From Lama guanicoe (taxonomy: Eukaryota), in assembly GCA_013239625.1 (NCBI GenBank), contig MU054391.1, positions 4,857,824 through 4,921,823 on the forward strand: 64,000 bases of DNA. The letters are read 5' to 3'. Positions 12,080 to 21,901 of this stretch are shown piece after piece. The notes beneath the pieces are model-generated. The model ran no database searches and had not been told where the DNA came from. It worked only from the letters and a program-made list of their open reading frames with translations. Numbering within the stretch: the first letter of the stretch is position 1; each line of letters begins with the position of its first letter. Position numbers and translations under genes: made by a program.

Positions 12080-12560
12080 TGAGGGGCTTCACGGTTGCTA
12101 AGAAGCGAACTCCGAGTCAACGCACAGCTGAGCTGGGGCAGCCGGGACGCCGGCCGCCTCTCCCAGCCTGTCTCCCCGAACTGCGGGCCCTTCGGCCTCC
12201 CGCCCCACGGTGAGTGCCCGTCTTCTCACCCAGAACACTGTCCCTGCGCTCTGGGTCCCTCGTCACCCCGTGGATTCAGGGGGCACAGCTGCCGAATGAG
12301 GAGAACCAGCAGGGCGGGCAGCCTCGAACTTCTGCTGTGACGCCGCCGCCTACGTCGTCAGGCGGACTCCCGGGAGCTGCACCCACAGCGGAGGCGGGCC
12401 AGGCGACGGGAAAGCAAGAACTGAACCAAACTGGGTGGGTTATTTTCATCGTCCCCGCAGACCTGTAGCAAGGACCCGGCCAGCTGCAGGGGCATCCCAG
12501 GCCCCGAGCCGATTCCCCTCCCCCTCGGCCCCCGCCCTCCTTCAGCCCCCTCCCACCTCT
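12080..12560 (+). promoter_or_regulatory. CpG-rich promoter-like patch with a strong splice donor
   Basis: Dense CpG, GC boxes, inverted CRE half-sites TGACG 12338 and CGTCA 12356, donor ACG|GTGAGT at 12209/12210. Confidence 0.4.
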
Positions 12561-13559
12561 TCCGGAAACTGAGACAGTGAATCAGGTCAGAGCAGTCCCC
12601 GTTCTGCCATCTCCAGAGGAAAAAAGAACTAGTTGCCAAATATTCAGAATGGGTAATTGCTACCTGAATTAATGAGGGCAAACAGCGGGCAAGAAAACAG
12701 CGGTTTACTATTCCTAGGAGCTCGCCTCCCCAGCTCGGAGTCCCAGGCTCTGCGGGGACAGACTGGCTCGGGGGAGACACGGCTCCCGCTGGCCGCCCCT
12801 GCACCTGGGTCAGTTCAAATGCTTCTGTGGCTGAGTCACACCTGTCTCCCTCACACACGCCGTACACCCACATCGCACACCAGCAACGTCCAAGGATTTT
12901 GAAGAGACTGATCACATCACAACTGTCACCCAGGGCTTTCAACAAGTTGCCCAAGCTGCGTCAGCTCTGACCCGGGGGCAGAGAGACCAAACTGAGGGGG
13001 CTGCGGGCAGAGGAAGGGAGGAGACGGCAAGTTAAGACGGCCGCCCAGAGAACACAGGCTCCTTGGAAGGCTGGAGGAGCCGCAGCCCCAGTGTGCACCC
13101 CCAGGCACAGACTCCAGAGTCACACCCAGCAACCCTGGGGAGCCCGCTGAGCCCCATCTCCAATTGCTGTGTGACATCGGACAGGTCACTTCCCCTCTCT
13201 GGGCCTAAGCGTCTGCCTGTGTAGAAACAGAGTGAACAGTTCTGAGGCGCTGCCCTCCAGGAAGGCTTCAGTTCAAGTTTGGGGTCCTCAGTTGCCCCTG
13301 CCCTTCAGCCCCTCCCCCAACCCCTGCCCAAGCACTTACCATATGACTTCCCCTGAGCACAGCGGCAAGTGACTTCCTCTGGGGCGGCCACGGCTCTCTG
13401 GAAGCATCCTGATGTCACAGGCAGCTTGGGCCAGAGCCATCCAGCCACTGACACTGATGTCAAATCCGCACAGGGATCCTGGGCTGCATCTGGATGGACT
13501 GCCCACCCAAGTGAAGCCACTATGGAAATTAAGCATTGTCTACCCGACACAGGCAATTC

Positions 13560-13760
13560 CTCCTTCACTTCTTTATCTAATGGTACATGGTAAACAGCTC
13601 TTGCAGCTGTACATGGAGAGCTGTCTTTCTAACAGCCAAACAATATTTCTACCGAATGGCCATATCACAAAGGATCTACCTGATCTCCTACTGAGGTTAT
13701 CTCATTTCAAGTATTTCCAATCTTGAGCTTTTACAAACATGGCTTATATGTGCTCATTTC
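13560..13760 (-). mobile_element. L1ME-like fragment
   Basis: 'tctttctaacagccaaacaatatttct..gaatggccatatcacaa..gtatttccaatcttgagcttttacaaaca' follows the antisense old-L1 pattern. Confidence 0.5.
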
Positions 13761-14124
13761 AAATAAATAAGAGGTTCTGGAGGGGGGGTATCTATATCTA
13801 CCTTTAAAGGTTCACATGTGCCTAGGAACAAAGTCTGGAACCCACTCACCAAGTTTACTGCGGTGACCTCTAAGGGATAGGATTAGGGAAGAAAACTCAA
13901 TTTTCTGTAAGCAAGTGTCACTTTTTAATTTTTCAAAAAAGAAATCAGTAACGAGGGAAAGAAACAAAACACAGTCACTCTTCAACCTCTTTAGCAGGCA
14001 CAGATCTGGCAGGAGCAGAGGCTGGTGAACCCAGAGCAAGGGGAGGAAGGCGGTGTGTCCAGGTGGGAGGGCCAGCACCCACTGCCTTGCTCCGTGAGGT
14101 TGGCTTTCCCCAGGACGGAGAGGA

Positions 14125-14235
14125 GAGGACCAGGTTCAAATTCTGGGGACAGGACTTCAGTCTCCTCGGGTGTCAAATGGGAAGCACTGGGGGACCCGGT
14201 GGCCAGGCTGCCGAGAGGTCACATGAAGTACACTG
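14125..14235 (+). mobile_element. MIR fragment
   Basis: 'ccaggttcaaattct..cttcagtctcctcgggtgtcaaatggga'. Confidence 0.5.
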
Positions 14236-14889
14236 AGAGCAGAGAGGCGCCACCAGGTCCTGCCTTGCTGACTTCCTTCCTCTATGACTTTCAGAGAAAA
14301 AGAAAGACTGAATTGACAGCCACCCCTCAAATCCTCACTCCTCCCCAGCCTCCTTCATGACTGGACCCAGTTGCTGTTGCGGGACCAGCAAGGGGGTGGC
14401 TGGCAGTTCACCCCTTGTCTTTCCTCCCAGGGAGGGAGCTTTGACAACAGTGAGGCTTCAGGCACACATGTGAAGCCGACTTGAGCACATGTAGAAATTC
14501 CAAGACGATTCATGATTGCGACAACCCTCTCTGTCATCAGTAATACGGGAAGGAACCTACTGGCCAATGGTTTTAAAGCTTTTTTTTTTTTTTCAGGAAA
14601 ATTCGGTAGGCCCAAGAACACAGAGATACAGCAGCTCCAGGGTGGGACACAGGTGTGTCGGATAATTGCAAAGGTGTTTATAAAGTTAAACGATTCGCCC
14701 CTTCACAGGGACGCGCCCTGGGTTAGGGGTCAGGTCTCCTGCAAATTCAAGCTCAAAGGGAGACACAGACAGGAGAGCGCAGGGTGCAGCGAGCAGGCCT
14801 CACGCAGGGCTGCGGCTGTGGTCACCAAATGCCCGCCCCAAGGATCCACAGTTGTCTGCACCCAACCAGGCGGCCAGCATCCATGCCAG

Positions 14890-15010
14890 CTCACCCACGG
14901 CTGTGTGACCTTGGGAATCAAGACCTGGGCTAAAAGACTCAGGTTCCTCACCTATAAGAGGCATCTTCTTCTTCATAGGCTGTCGGGAGGCCCTGATGAG
15001 ATAAATCCCA
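14890..15010 (+). mobile_element. MIR fragment
   Basis: 'ggctgtgtgaccttggg..ctcaggttcctcacctataa..cttcataggctgt'. Confidence 0.6.
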
Positions 15011-15679
15011 GGGGCTGAGAACTGGACTGATGCCCGTAGTGGCTGACATCACCGCATGCCCCCAGGTCTCAGATGGAGGACTGTGAGGGCAGGTCTGTGA
15101 AATCCAGTGAAGACCACGACAACCAGGGCTTGTGTGTCTTAAGGCCTTTAGCCACCTCCCAGGAGCCAGCCCTGGGTTCCCCACCAGAAGAATCCCCAAG
15201 GCTGGGAAGGAAGCCGTCTGGAATCGGCCACCAAAGGATCTGCGTCGACATTTGTGTACACTTGACCTGCTCCCCTCACACCCTCCCCGCAGCCCTCACC
15301 TGCCCTCCCCCTGCCCCTCAAGTGCCCCTCGAGGGCGTCTCCCTGGGTTCCCAGCCACCCAGGGAAACAGCTTTGGCTTTCTCCCAGAAGGCACTTAGAA
15401 CATCTCAAGTGGCCTCTCCAGGGAACATCAAAGACCAGGGCGCTTCCCGTTCATCTTAAACCCGCTGACCTGTGCGCGTCCGGCCGCGCCGTGCCTGTCG
15501 GGCCTGACCTGGGAGCCCAGCTTTGATCAGCAAGCGAGTCGCTGGCCCCCCGTCCCCTGGGCCCCAGCTGCATCCCACGGGCAGGTGGAGGGAGCTGAGA
15601 TGAATTCCGCCTGGATTTTGCACCTTCATCCCCACCCCCCCAGTAAAGAGCTGCAGCGCTACACGCCTCTCCCCATTTC

Positions 15680-16000
15680 ATTATGGGTTAAACATTTTTA
15701 ATTTTAGAAATGATTGCAAACAGTTGACTAGCACACACTGGCTCCACGTCTCCTAGTTCATGATCCCCCGGTGCACGGGGACAGCAATATTTTTAGGCCC
15801 TATTCAAGTTACCCACCCTGGCTGCAGATGAAATATTAATTAAAGGTTATGCTCGCAGCCTTCGGAGAATGATTACTCAAGATAGCAATTATATTTCCCC
15901 CCTTTTTGTGTAATAAAACTGCACCTCGCTGTGCAGCAGGAATTAATAATTCTGAGTCCTGTTGTTACAGAGGCAGCTTCAAAGCGGAAGAGAGGGCATG
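15680..16000. promoter_or_regulatory. Candidate conserved non-coding enhancer
   Basis: Repeat-free AT-rich island with TTAATTAA 15836-15843, GTAATAAAA 15910-15918, CAGATG E-box 15825 and a MEF2-like site 15787-15796. Confidence 0.4.
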
Positions 16001-16539
16001 CCCCAGAGGGGAAAACTCAAATGCCTTTAGAGCCACAAAGAAAGTGGGTGACTTCAAAAGATCAGGATGCCCTGAATATGGGCTGGGATCGCTTCTCAAG
16101 GTCATTAACAACTCTAGCTGACGGAGAGAGAGCGGCCCGATTACAAAGCACACAGAGAAACAAATTGGAGCAGGACATGGCGACAGCTCCCACTCTGGGT
16201 TGCTCAGCACCGCCCACAGCCTGGCGTGTACCTGGAGCCCATCGGCCAACTCCCCAGGATCCTTCCAAGGGACTCAAAAACGCAGCATGGCCGGTGACTC
16301 GAGGGTCAGCAGTTAAGTAGTGTGCCAGGCAATCTCCACGTGAGAAGAAAGAGGACAAGTCGACAGCCTGGGAAATGGCAGAAGTCTGGCTGCCATGTAG
16401 TGTGTCTAACTCCCAGGTGCCAGGCAGACTCAGGGAGACAGGAATCCCCGTCTTCATTTGACAGATAAGGGCCCTGAAGCGCAGAATGATGAGTCAACAG
16501 AGTAAATGGCAGAATTGGGGTGCAAACCAACAGACACAC

Positions 16540-16662
16540 AGTTCCATGAGGGTGGGCTGTATCCGTCTGATTCCTGGCTGTGTCCCCACAGTTGACCTAG
16601 CGTGGTGCCTGGCACAGTATCGATATTCAGGAAATTTTAATTATTTGATGAACAAATGATTA
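16540..16662 (+). mobile_element. L2 3' end
   Basis: 'gttccatgagggtggg..tgtgtcccca..cctagcgtggtgcctggcacagta..tgatgaacaaatga'. Confidence 0.75.
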
Positions 16663-19229
16663 AACTCCTGAGTCAGGCATCCATGCTGCTCAGGCAAAAC
16701 TCAGCAACTTCTCAACAAAGTCAACTTAAAAAAATAATAATAATTGTGACTTTAAATGAGTCTCAGCATTCAGGGAACTGGGACGGTGAGGGTACTAATG
16801 TCTTGATAAGAGACACTGATCACCACCACCCCCACCCCAACTCGTGGCCCAATTCTTCCCTCCGGAGGCACAATCAAATATTTTTCGTAAGACAGAATAT
16901 GAGTGCAGGAAATTAGTGGTCTATGGTGTGAAACAATTAAATTATGGTTTGGTTTGTTCTGCAACAATGGGAAAATCAGAGATTTCTTCATGAAGCTCCC
17001 TTGGAGAAACCTTCAATGATGAAGTCAGACCACACCCTCACCCTGAGGGGAGGTTCCCACCACCCTACACCCTTGAAGTAACCCTGGGGCAAAAGAGAAA
17101 AGCCTCAAGGCCTCATCTCAGAGGACAAGGCTGCAGATTGCAAGAAAATAGATGTTGGTGGCCGTGACTGTGTTGTCTCCAGATCGCAGCCTGGAGCCAG
17201 GGGCCCAACAGGCAAAGGAGAATTTGCTGCTCCTGTGGGAAGAGCCGCTGGTGGGGGCAACAAAGCTGCCCCAGGGCCACTGGGGTGGGTGAGGCCTTGC
17301 CCCTTGAGCAGAGAAGAGGAGGGGTTCCCAAGAGCTGTGTGAGTGGAGAGAAGTGGGGGGGGGGACTCCCAGCGGGGTGGGGGGGCAGACTGTGGTGGGT
17401 GCATTCTTCAGGTCCAAGGATTCTTCTGGAAACTGTAGCACCTCTGTGTACACGAGGAGCTAAGGCAGCCCTGTGTGATCTGAAAGCCACTGGGGGTCGG
17501 GAGCGGGAGTGGGCAGGAGAGGGGACAGGAAGAGGCTGTGGGGAGGCACTCGGGGAACTCGCTGGCTCTCAGAGCAGAGGGAGGGTGCTGGGTGCACTGT
17601 GTTCCCAAAAGCAGGCAGGCAGAGCAACAGAAGCCCAGCCACCGGCCAGCAGCCAGAGGGAGGGACACTTGTTTCCTGGGTGCCCGGTATGTGTGGCCCT
17701 GCACTCGGTGCTGGATGCAATGTCTAATAATGCAGACACATGAACAGACAAGGTCACACAGCCGGATGCAAGAGTCAGGGCCCAGAGCCAGGCTGGCGAA
17801 TCCGGATGGAGCCCGGTGCTGCACTGTTCTCCTCAGACTCTCAGCGCTAGGCGGAGGGCCTGCGGTCCTGAGACACCTCCCAGCCCCGGGGCCTGCGAAC
17901 CTTCTTACCAGACAGCCCTCTGGGATGAGGGCACCCTGGCAGGAAGCACAGGTCACAGCAAGGCCAGGGGCGCTGTGGGAGGGAGGGGCCGAGGGAAGGT
18001 CCCACCACCTCTGGAAAAGAGACCCAAGCCGCCTGCTCCTTCTGCTACCAAATGGGTCACAGATACTCCCCCTCCTTGGGCAGAGAGAGAGGTCCCGGAG
18101 CCCAGAGGCGTCCAAGCTGCCAGCCTTCTCCTGCCCTGCCCCTCTAAGTCCTTCCCTGCTCAGCAGGGCTTGGAGAAAAGGCACAGCGGCAGGAGACAGG
18201 ACAGAAGAGGGGTGGCCGGCGGTCAGAGTCCCACAGGGAGCTGGGCCCCGGGCAGAGCAGCCTGGGAACTCATTCCCGAGGAACTCTGTTCAGGAACTCC
18301 TCGGGAAGCCCCAGGACCCCCACCAGCCTCCTGACCGGGCTACCTCTGGGGCTGGGGGCGGCAAGGGAGCTCAGGACAGACAGGAGAGCGACTGGAAGGC
18401 CGCACCATCAGACCCGGGGGGCTGAGCCAGGCGGGCTTCCCAGCCAGGAACTGACTCCACCACTGGAGGGACCGGAGGAGTCACATTTGTGCGAAGGAAG
18501 AGGAAGCGGGAATGTTCCAAGATCCTCCTTTCCTCTTACAGAAAATTCAGGCCATTTTCCAGGAATGCTGAAGAAGTTGATGCAGTTGCTTTGCACATCA
18601 CCGCTGAGATCAGAGACACCGCCCCCATCACAGATTCTACCGGTGATGGCAGCCCTGTTCTGAGGGCAGGGAGCAGATGCCCCAGGCAGGAGCCCAGAGA
18701 AACTGGGGCCAGGGCCACCCCTGGACTCAGGAGCCAGTGCTCACCTGGGCTTTTTGTAGGAAAAAGCCTTTCATTAGTCTGTTTCAGCTTCTCCTTCCAC
18801 CTGAGGCCTCCCCCAGCATGGGGATGGGACCGCCCAGGACAGCAGGACCCGGGAAGCATACCTGATGTGTGAGCACCTGGCCGCTCAGGGCCTAAGGGCC
18901 AGAAGCTTGCGCCCCTCCAGCTGGGAGGAGGAACGTGGTCCTGCCAGGATGGGCTCCCTGAGTGCCGTGCAGCCCAGCCTGGTCATGGCGAAGTGGGGAT
19001 GCAGTAGCTGGAGGGAGGGGGTTCTGCCCAAGGCAGGGCTCAGAGGAGACCAGCATCACATTCGTGTTCACTCCCTAGCGCGCACTTACCAGATGCCTGC
19101 CTGTACGCAATCATAAAACGGAAGCGGTCTCTACCCACGGGAGCTCCTGGCTGAGGAGAGAGACATGAATATATGACCCGAGCAGAGGGATGCAGCTAGG
19201 TGAAGGCCAGCCCAGGGTCGAGCAGGGAC

Positions 19230-19740
19230 ACAGCCCGGGGGGAGGGGAGACGCAGGGGGACAGAGAGGGAGTGCGGGCCGGGGTGCAGAGGAGGGAAAGG
19301 GAGAGCAGGTGCACGGCCCGCGGGCCCTGGGGCTTGGCTACGCAGACGCCTGTCTAGAGCCTGGATTGAGGAAGTTGGGGTCAGAGCTCCAGACTGGAGT
19401 CCTTGCTGAATTCCCCTTCCAGACATGAGAGGCCGAGAGGAACACACACACTGGACACCACCTGCAGCTCTTCCTGCTCAGTGGGAGAAGCCGGTCGTCC
19501 TGCATCTGGCTGCGCGCCGCAGGTTCCCCTCGGGGCAGAGCACGCGCAGATTCAGAGAGGAGGGCTGGGGCCCTCGGGGAGGAGCTCGGGTAGGCCCCGC
19601 CTACCGCCCACGGCCACGCCCACCGCCCTCGCCTCCGGCCGCAGGGCTCCTCCCTGCCTACCTTGCCCACCTCCTGCGGGACAGCCTGCGTTTCTGCCCG
19701 TCCCGCTCCAGCTCCCGCTTCGCTATTCCTGCCTCCCAGC
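19230..19740. promoter_or_regulatory. CpG-rich promoter-like element with clustered SP/KLF GC boxes
   Basis: GGCCCCGCCT 19593, CCGCCCAC 19604, GCCACGCCC 19613 and CCGCCC 19623 within 36 bp; many CpGs. Confidence 0.45.
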
Positions 19741-20304
19741 ATCACCTGATCTGTCAAAATCACCTCCTTCTGGTGAAGTCCGTTTCATTGCTTTTTCTGA
19801 TGAATCCTTTCATTATTCCTGAGCCCTGATAATCTTTCCCTCCTTTACCCTCCCCCTCCCAGACCCCACCCTACTCTCGCAATGTCTGCAAACATCTAAT
19901 CCAGCAGGTCAAACTCTATGAGCTTCAGGCAGACCCTGTGCCCGGCCCACTGCGGGCACTGGGGGCTCTTGGAAACCATTTATGGTGGGATGAGAGGCGA
20001 CTTGCTTCCCTTCTGTTTCACACCACACCTTCCCCCTTAAGATTCTCATGAACCAGGACGGGAAACACCGCTCCCCTACCCCCCCCCACCCGCCCCATCC
20101 TGCCTGTGGGAATAAAGGTTCCTCCCACCCTGACCTGAGTTCTCCATCTATAGGAACCACTGGGTGCTCCTCTGAACAGCCAGGCTTCCTTCCCAACTGC
20201 AATCTTGAAGGGCAATTCAGCTCTCCCGTTGTGAACCTATTGTGTGCTGGGCATTAGGCGAGGAACCAGGAAAGCCATAAGACCCTGCTGGTCCTGGGCA
20301 GGGG

Positions 20305-20530
20305 TGCTCAGCAAGGTGGGAAGAGTGTGGACCGTGGGGACAGGGAGACCCAGCTTCAAACTCCAGCCCTGCCTCAGGCTGTGACGGTAATCTTGGGAAA
20401 GCTGTCCAACTTCCTGGAGCCTCTGTTTCCTCAGCTGTAAACTAGGGACAATGATAGCTATCTTGCAGGCTTGTCATAAAGACTGAAGGACAGTGTGGCA
20501 CATGGTGGGTTCACAATAAACATGAGTTAT
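20305..20530 (+). mobile_element. MIR SINE
   Basis: 'ttcaaactccagccctgcc..tcttgggaaag..ctctgtttcctcagctgtaaactagggacaatgatagcta'. Confidence 0.75.
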
Positions 20531-20547
20531 TATTGGACACCCAGGTC

Positions 20548-21055
20548 ACTGGGGAATAAGAGCACAAGCTCTGGACCCAAATTACCTGTTCAAACCTTGG
20601 CTGTGTGACCTGGGACAAGTTTCCTCACCTTTCCAAGCCTTAGTTTTCTCATCTATAAAGTGGGGATACTATGCTTAACAGTTTCAGAGTTTCTGTTTGG
20701 GGAGGGATGATGAAAAATTTGGAGAAATAGATAGCAGTAGTAGATGCACAACATTGCAAATATAATTTGTGTCACTGAATTGCATACTTAAAATGGAAAA
20801 TTTTATGTTATGTATGTTTTATCACAATTTTACAAAGTTAATGCAATATACCAAGAAACAATGAATTGTATGCTTTTAATGAGTGCATTGTATGATACGT
20901 GAATTATATCTCAATAAAACTGTGTTTTTTAATAAATGGAGAAAGATAATAATACCTACCTAAGAGGGTTATTGGAGGGGACTAAATGAGCCCGTAAATT
21001 GCTTGGAAAAGCTTAAAACTGTGTCCAGCACCATGTCCAGTGTTGGCTACTATGT
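20548..21055 (+). mobile_element. MIR split by an L1 3' end insertion (halves about 20548-20668 and 20933-21055)
   Basis: 'tagttttctcatctataaagtggggata' stops at the L1 and resumes as 'aaatggagaaagataataatacctacc'. Confidence 0.75.
20669..20935 (+). mobile_element. L1MB-like 3' end
   Basis: 'cagagtttctgtttggg..gatgaaaa..tgcacaacattg..cactgaattgcatacttaaaatgg..gtgaattatatctcaataaa'. Confidence 0.82.
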
Positions 21056-21074
21056 AAATATACCTTAACCATCA

Positions 21075-21225
21075 TTTCATTTAAACTTCATAAGAGCCCT
21101 ACAAGGTTAAGAAGTACTTTTACTTATTGTATGGGTAGAAAAATTGACAATCAAAGAACTTATATCAGTTTTGCATGTAAGTTGCAAAGCCAAGATTCAA
21201 ACCCCAGGTGTGTCTGACATCAAAA
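21075..21225 (-). mobile_element. MIR fragment
   Basis: 'atttcatttaaacttcataagagccctacaagg..gccaagattcaaaccccaggtgtgtctgac'. Confidence 0.65.
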
Positions 21226-21420
21226 CCCATCACCATAGACTTGAGAACTGTGCTGAGAAGACTTCTGACTGAGTCTGAGTGAGCAGCAAGCTGAAGGGTA
21301 CCCAGGCTGCAAGCACTGTGGCCCACAGTGGCAGTGGGCAGACAGCAGGTTACACCATGAGGATGGAGGACAAATAAGCCTTCAGGTAAACCGGTGAGTG
21401 CCCTGGGTCCTTGGGGGCCA

Positions 21421-21901
21421 TGTGATAGCAACTTGGCTATCCTGACAGGACTCAGAGATTTGGTCAAACATTATTCTAGATGTTTCAATGAAAGTGGGGT
21501 GGGTTTTTTTGGATGAAATTAATATTTAAATCAGCAGGTCAAAGGGAAGGAGATTAGTCTCCATAAAGTGGGAGTGTGGGTGGGCCTCGTCCAATCAGTT
21601 GAGGGCCTTGACAGAAAAATCTGATCTTCCCTGAAAAAGACAGAATTCTGCCTGCAAATGGCCTTTGGACTTGAGCTGTGACATCAATTATTTCTGGATC
21701 TCCAGCCTGCCAGGCTACCCTGTAGATTTTGGACTTGCCAGCCCCCACAATCTCATAAGCCAATTCCTCAAAACAAACACATCTCACCATAGATAGATAG
21801 TCCATAGGTAGGTAGATATGATATAGATACAGATACAGATATATATATATAGTTACAGAAACCTACTAATGATTTTTCTCCAGAGAACCCTGACTAACAC
21901 A
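21421..21901 (+). mobile_element. MLT2D-like ERVL solo LTR with an internal (TAGA/TA)n tract
   Basis: TG start, the same diagnostic motifs as 3606-3985, ends 'cagagaaccctgactaacaca'. Confidence 0.88.

Noticed and set aside
17408..18425. Longest ORFs (295 aa on +, 258 aa on -)
   Set aside because: Overlapping ORFs on both strands in very GC-rich DNA, with P/G/R/A/S-biased composition, no recognisable domain and no ATG at the listed starts; expected from stop-codon scarcity
19075..19100. Strong minus-strand donor TG|GTAAGT near the CpG patch
   Set aside because: Lies in an apparent L2 3' remnant and has no other support as an exon boundary
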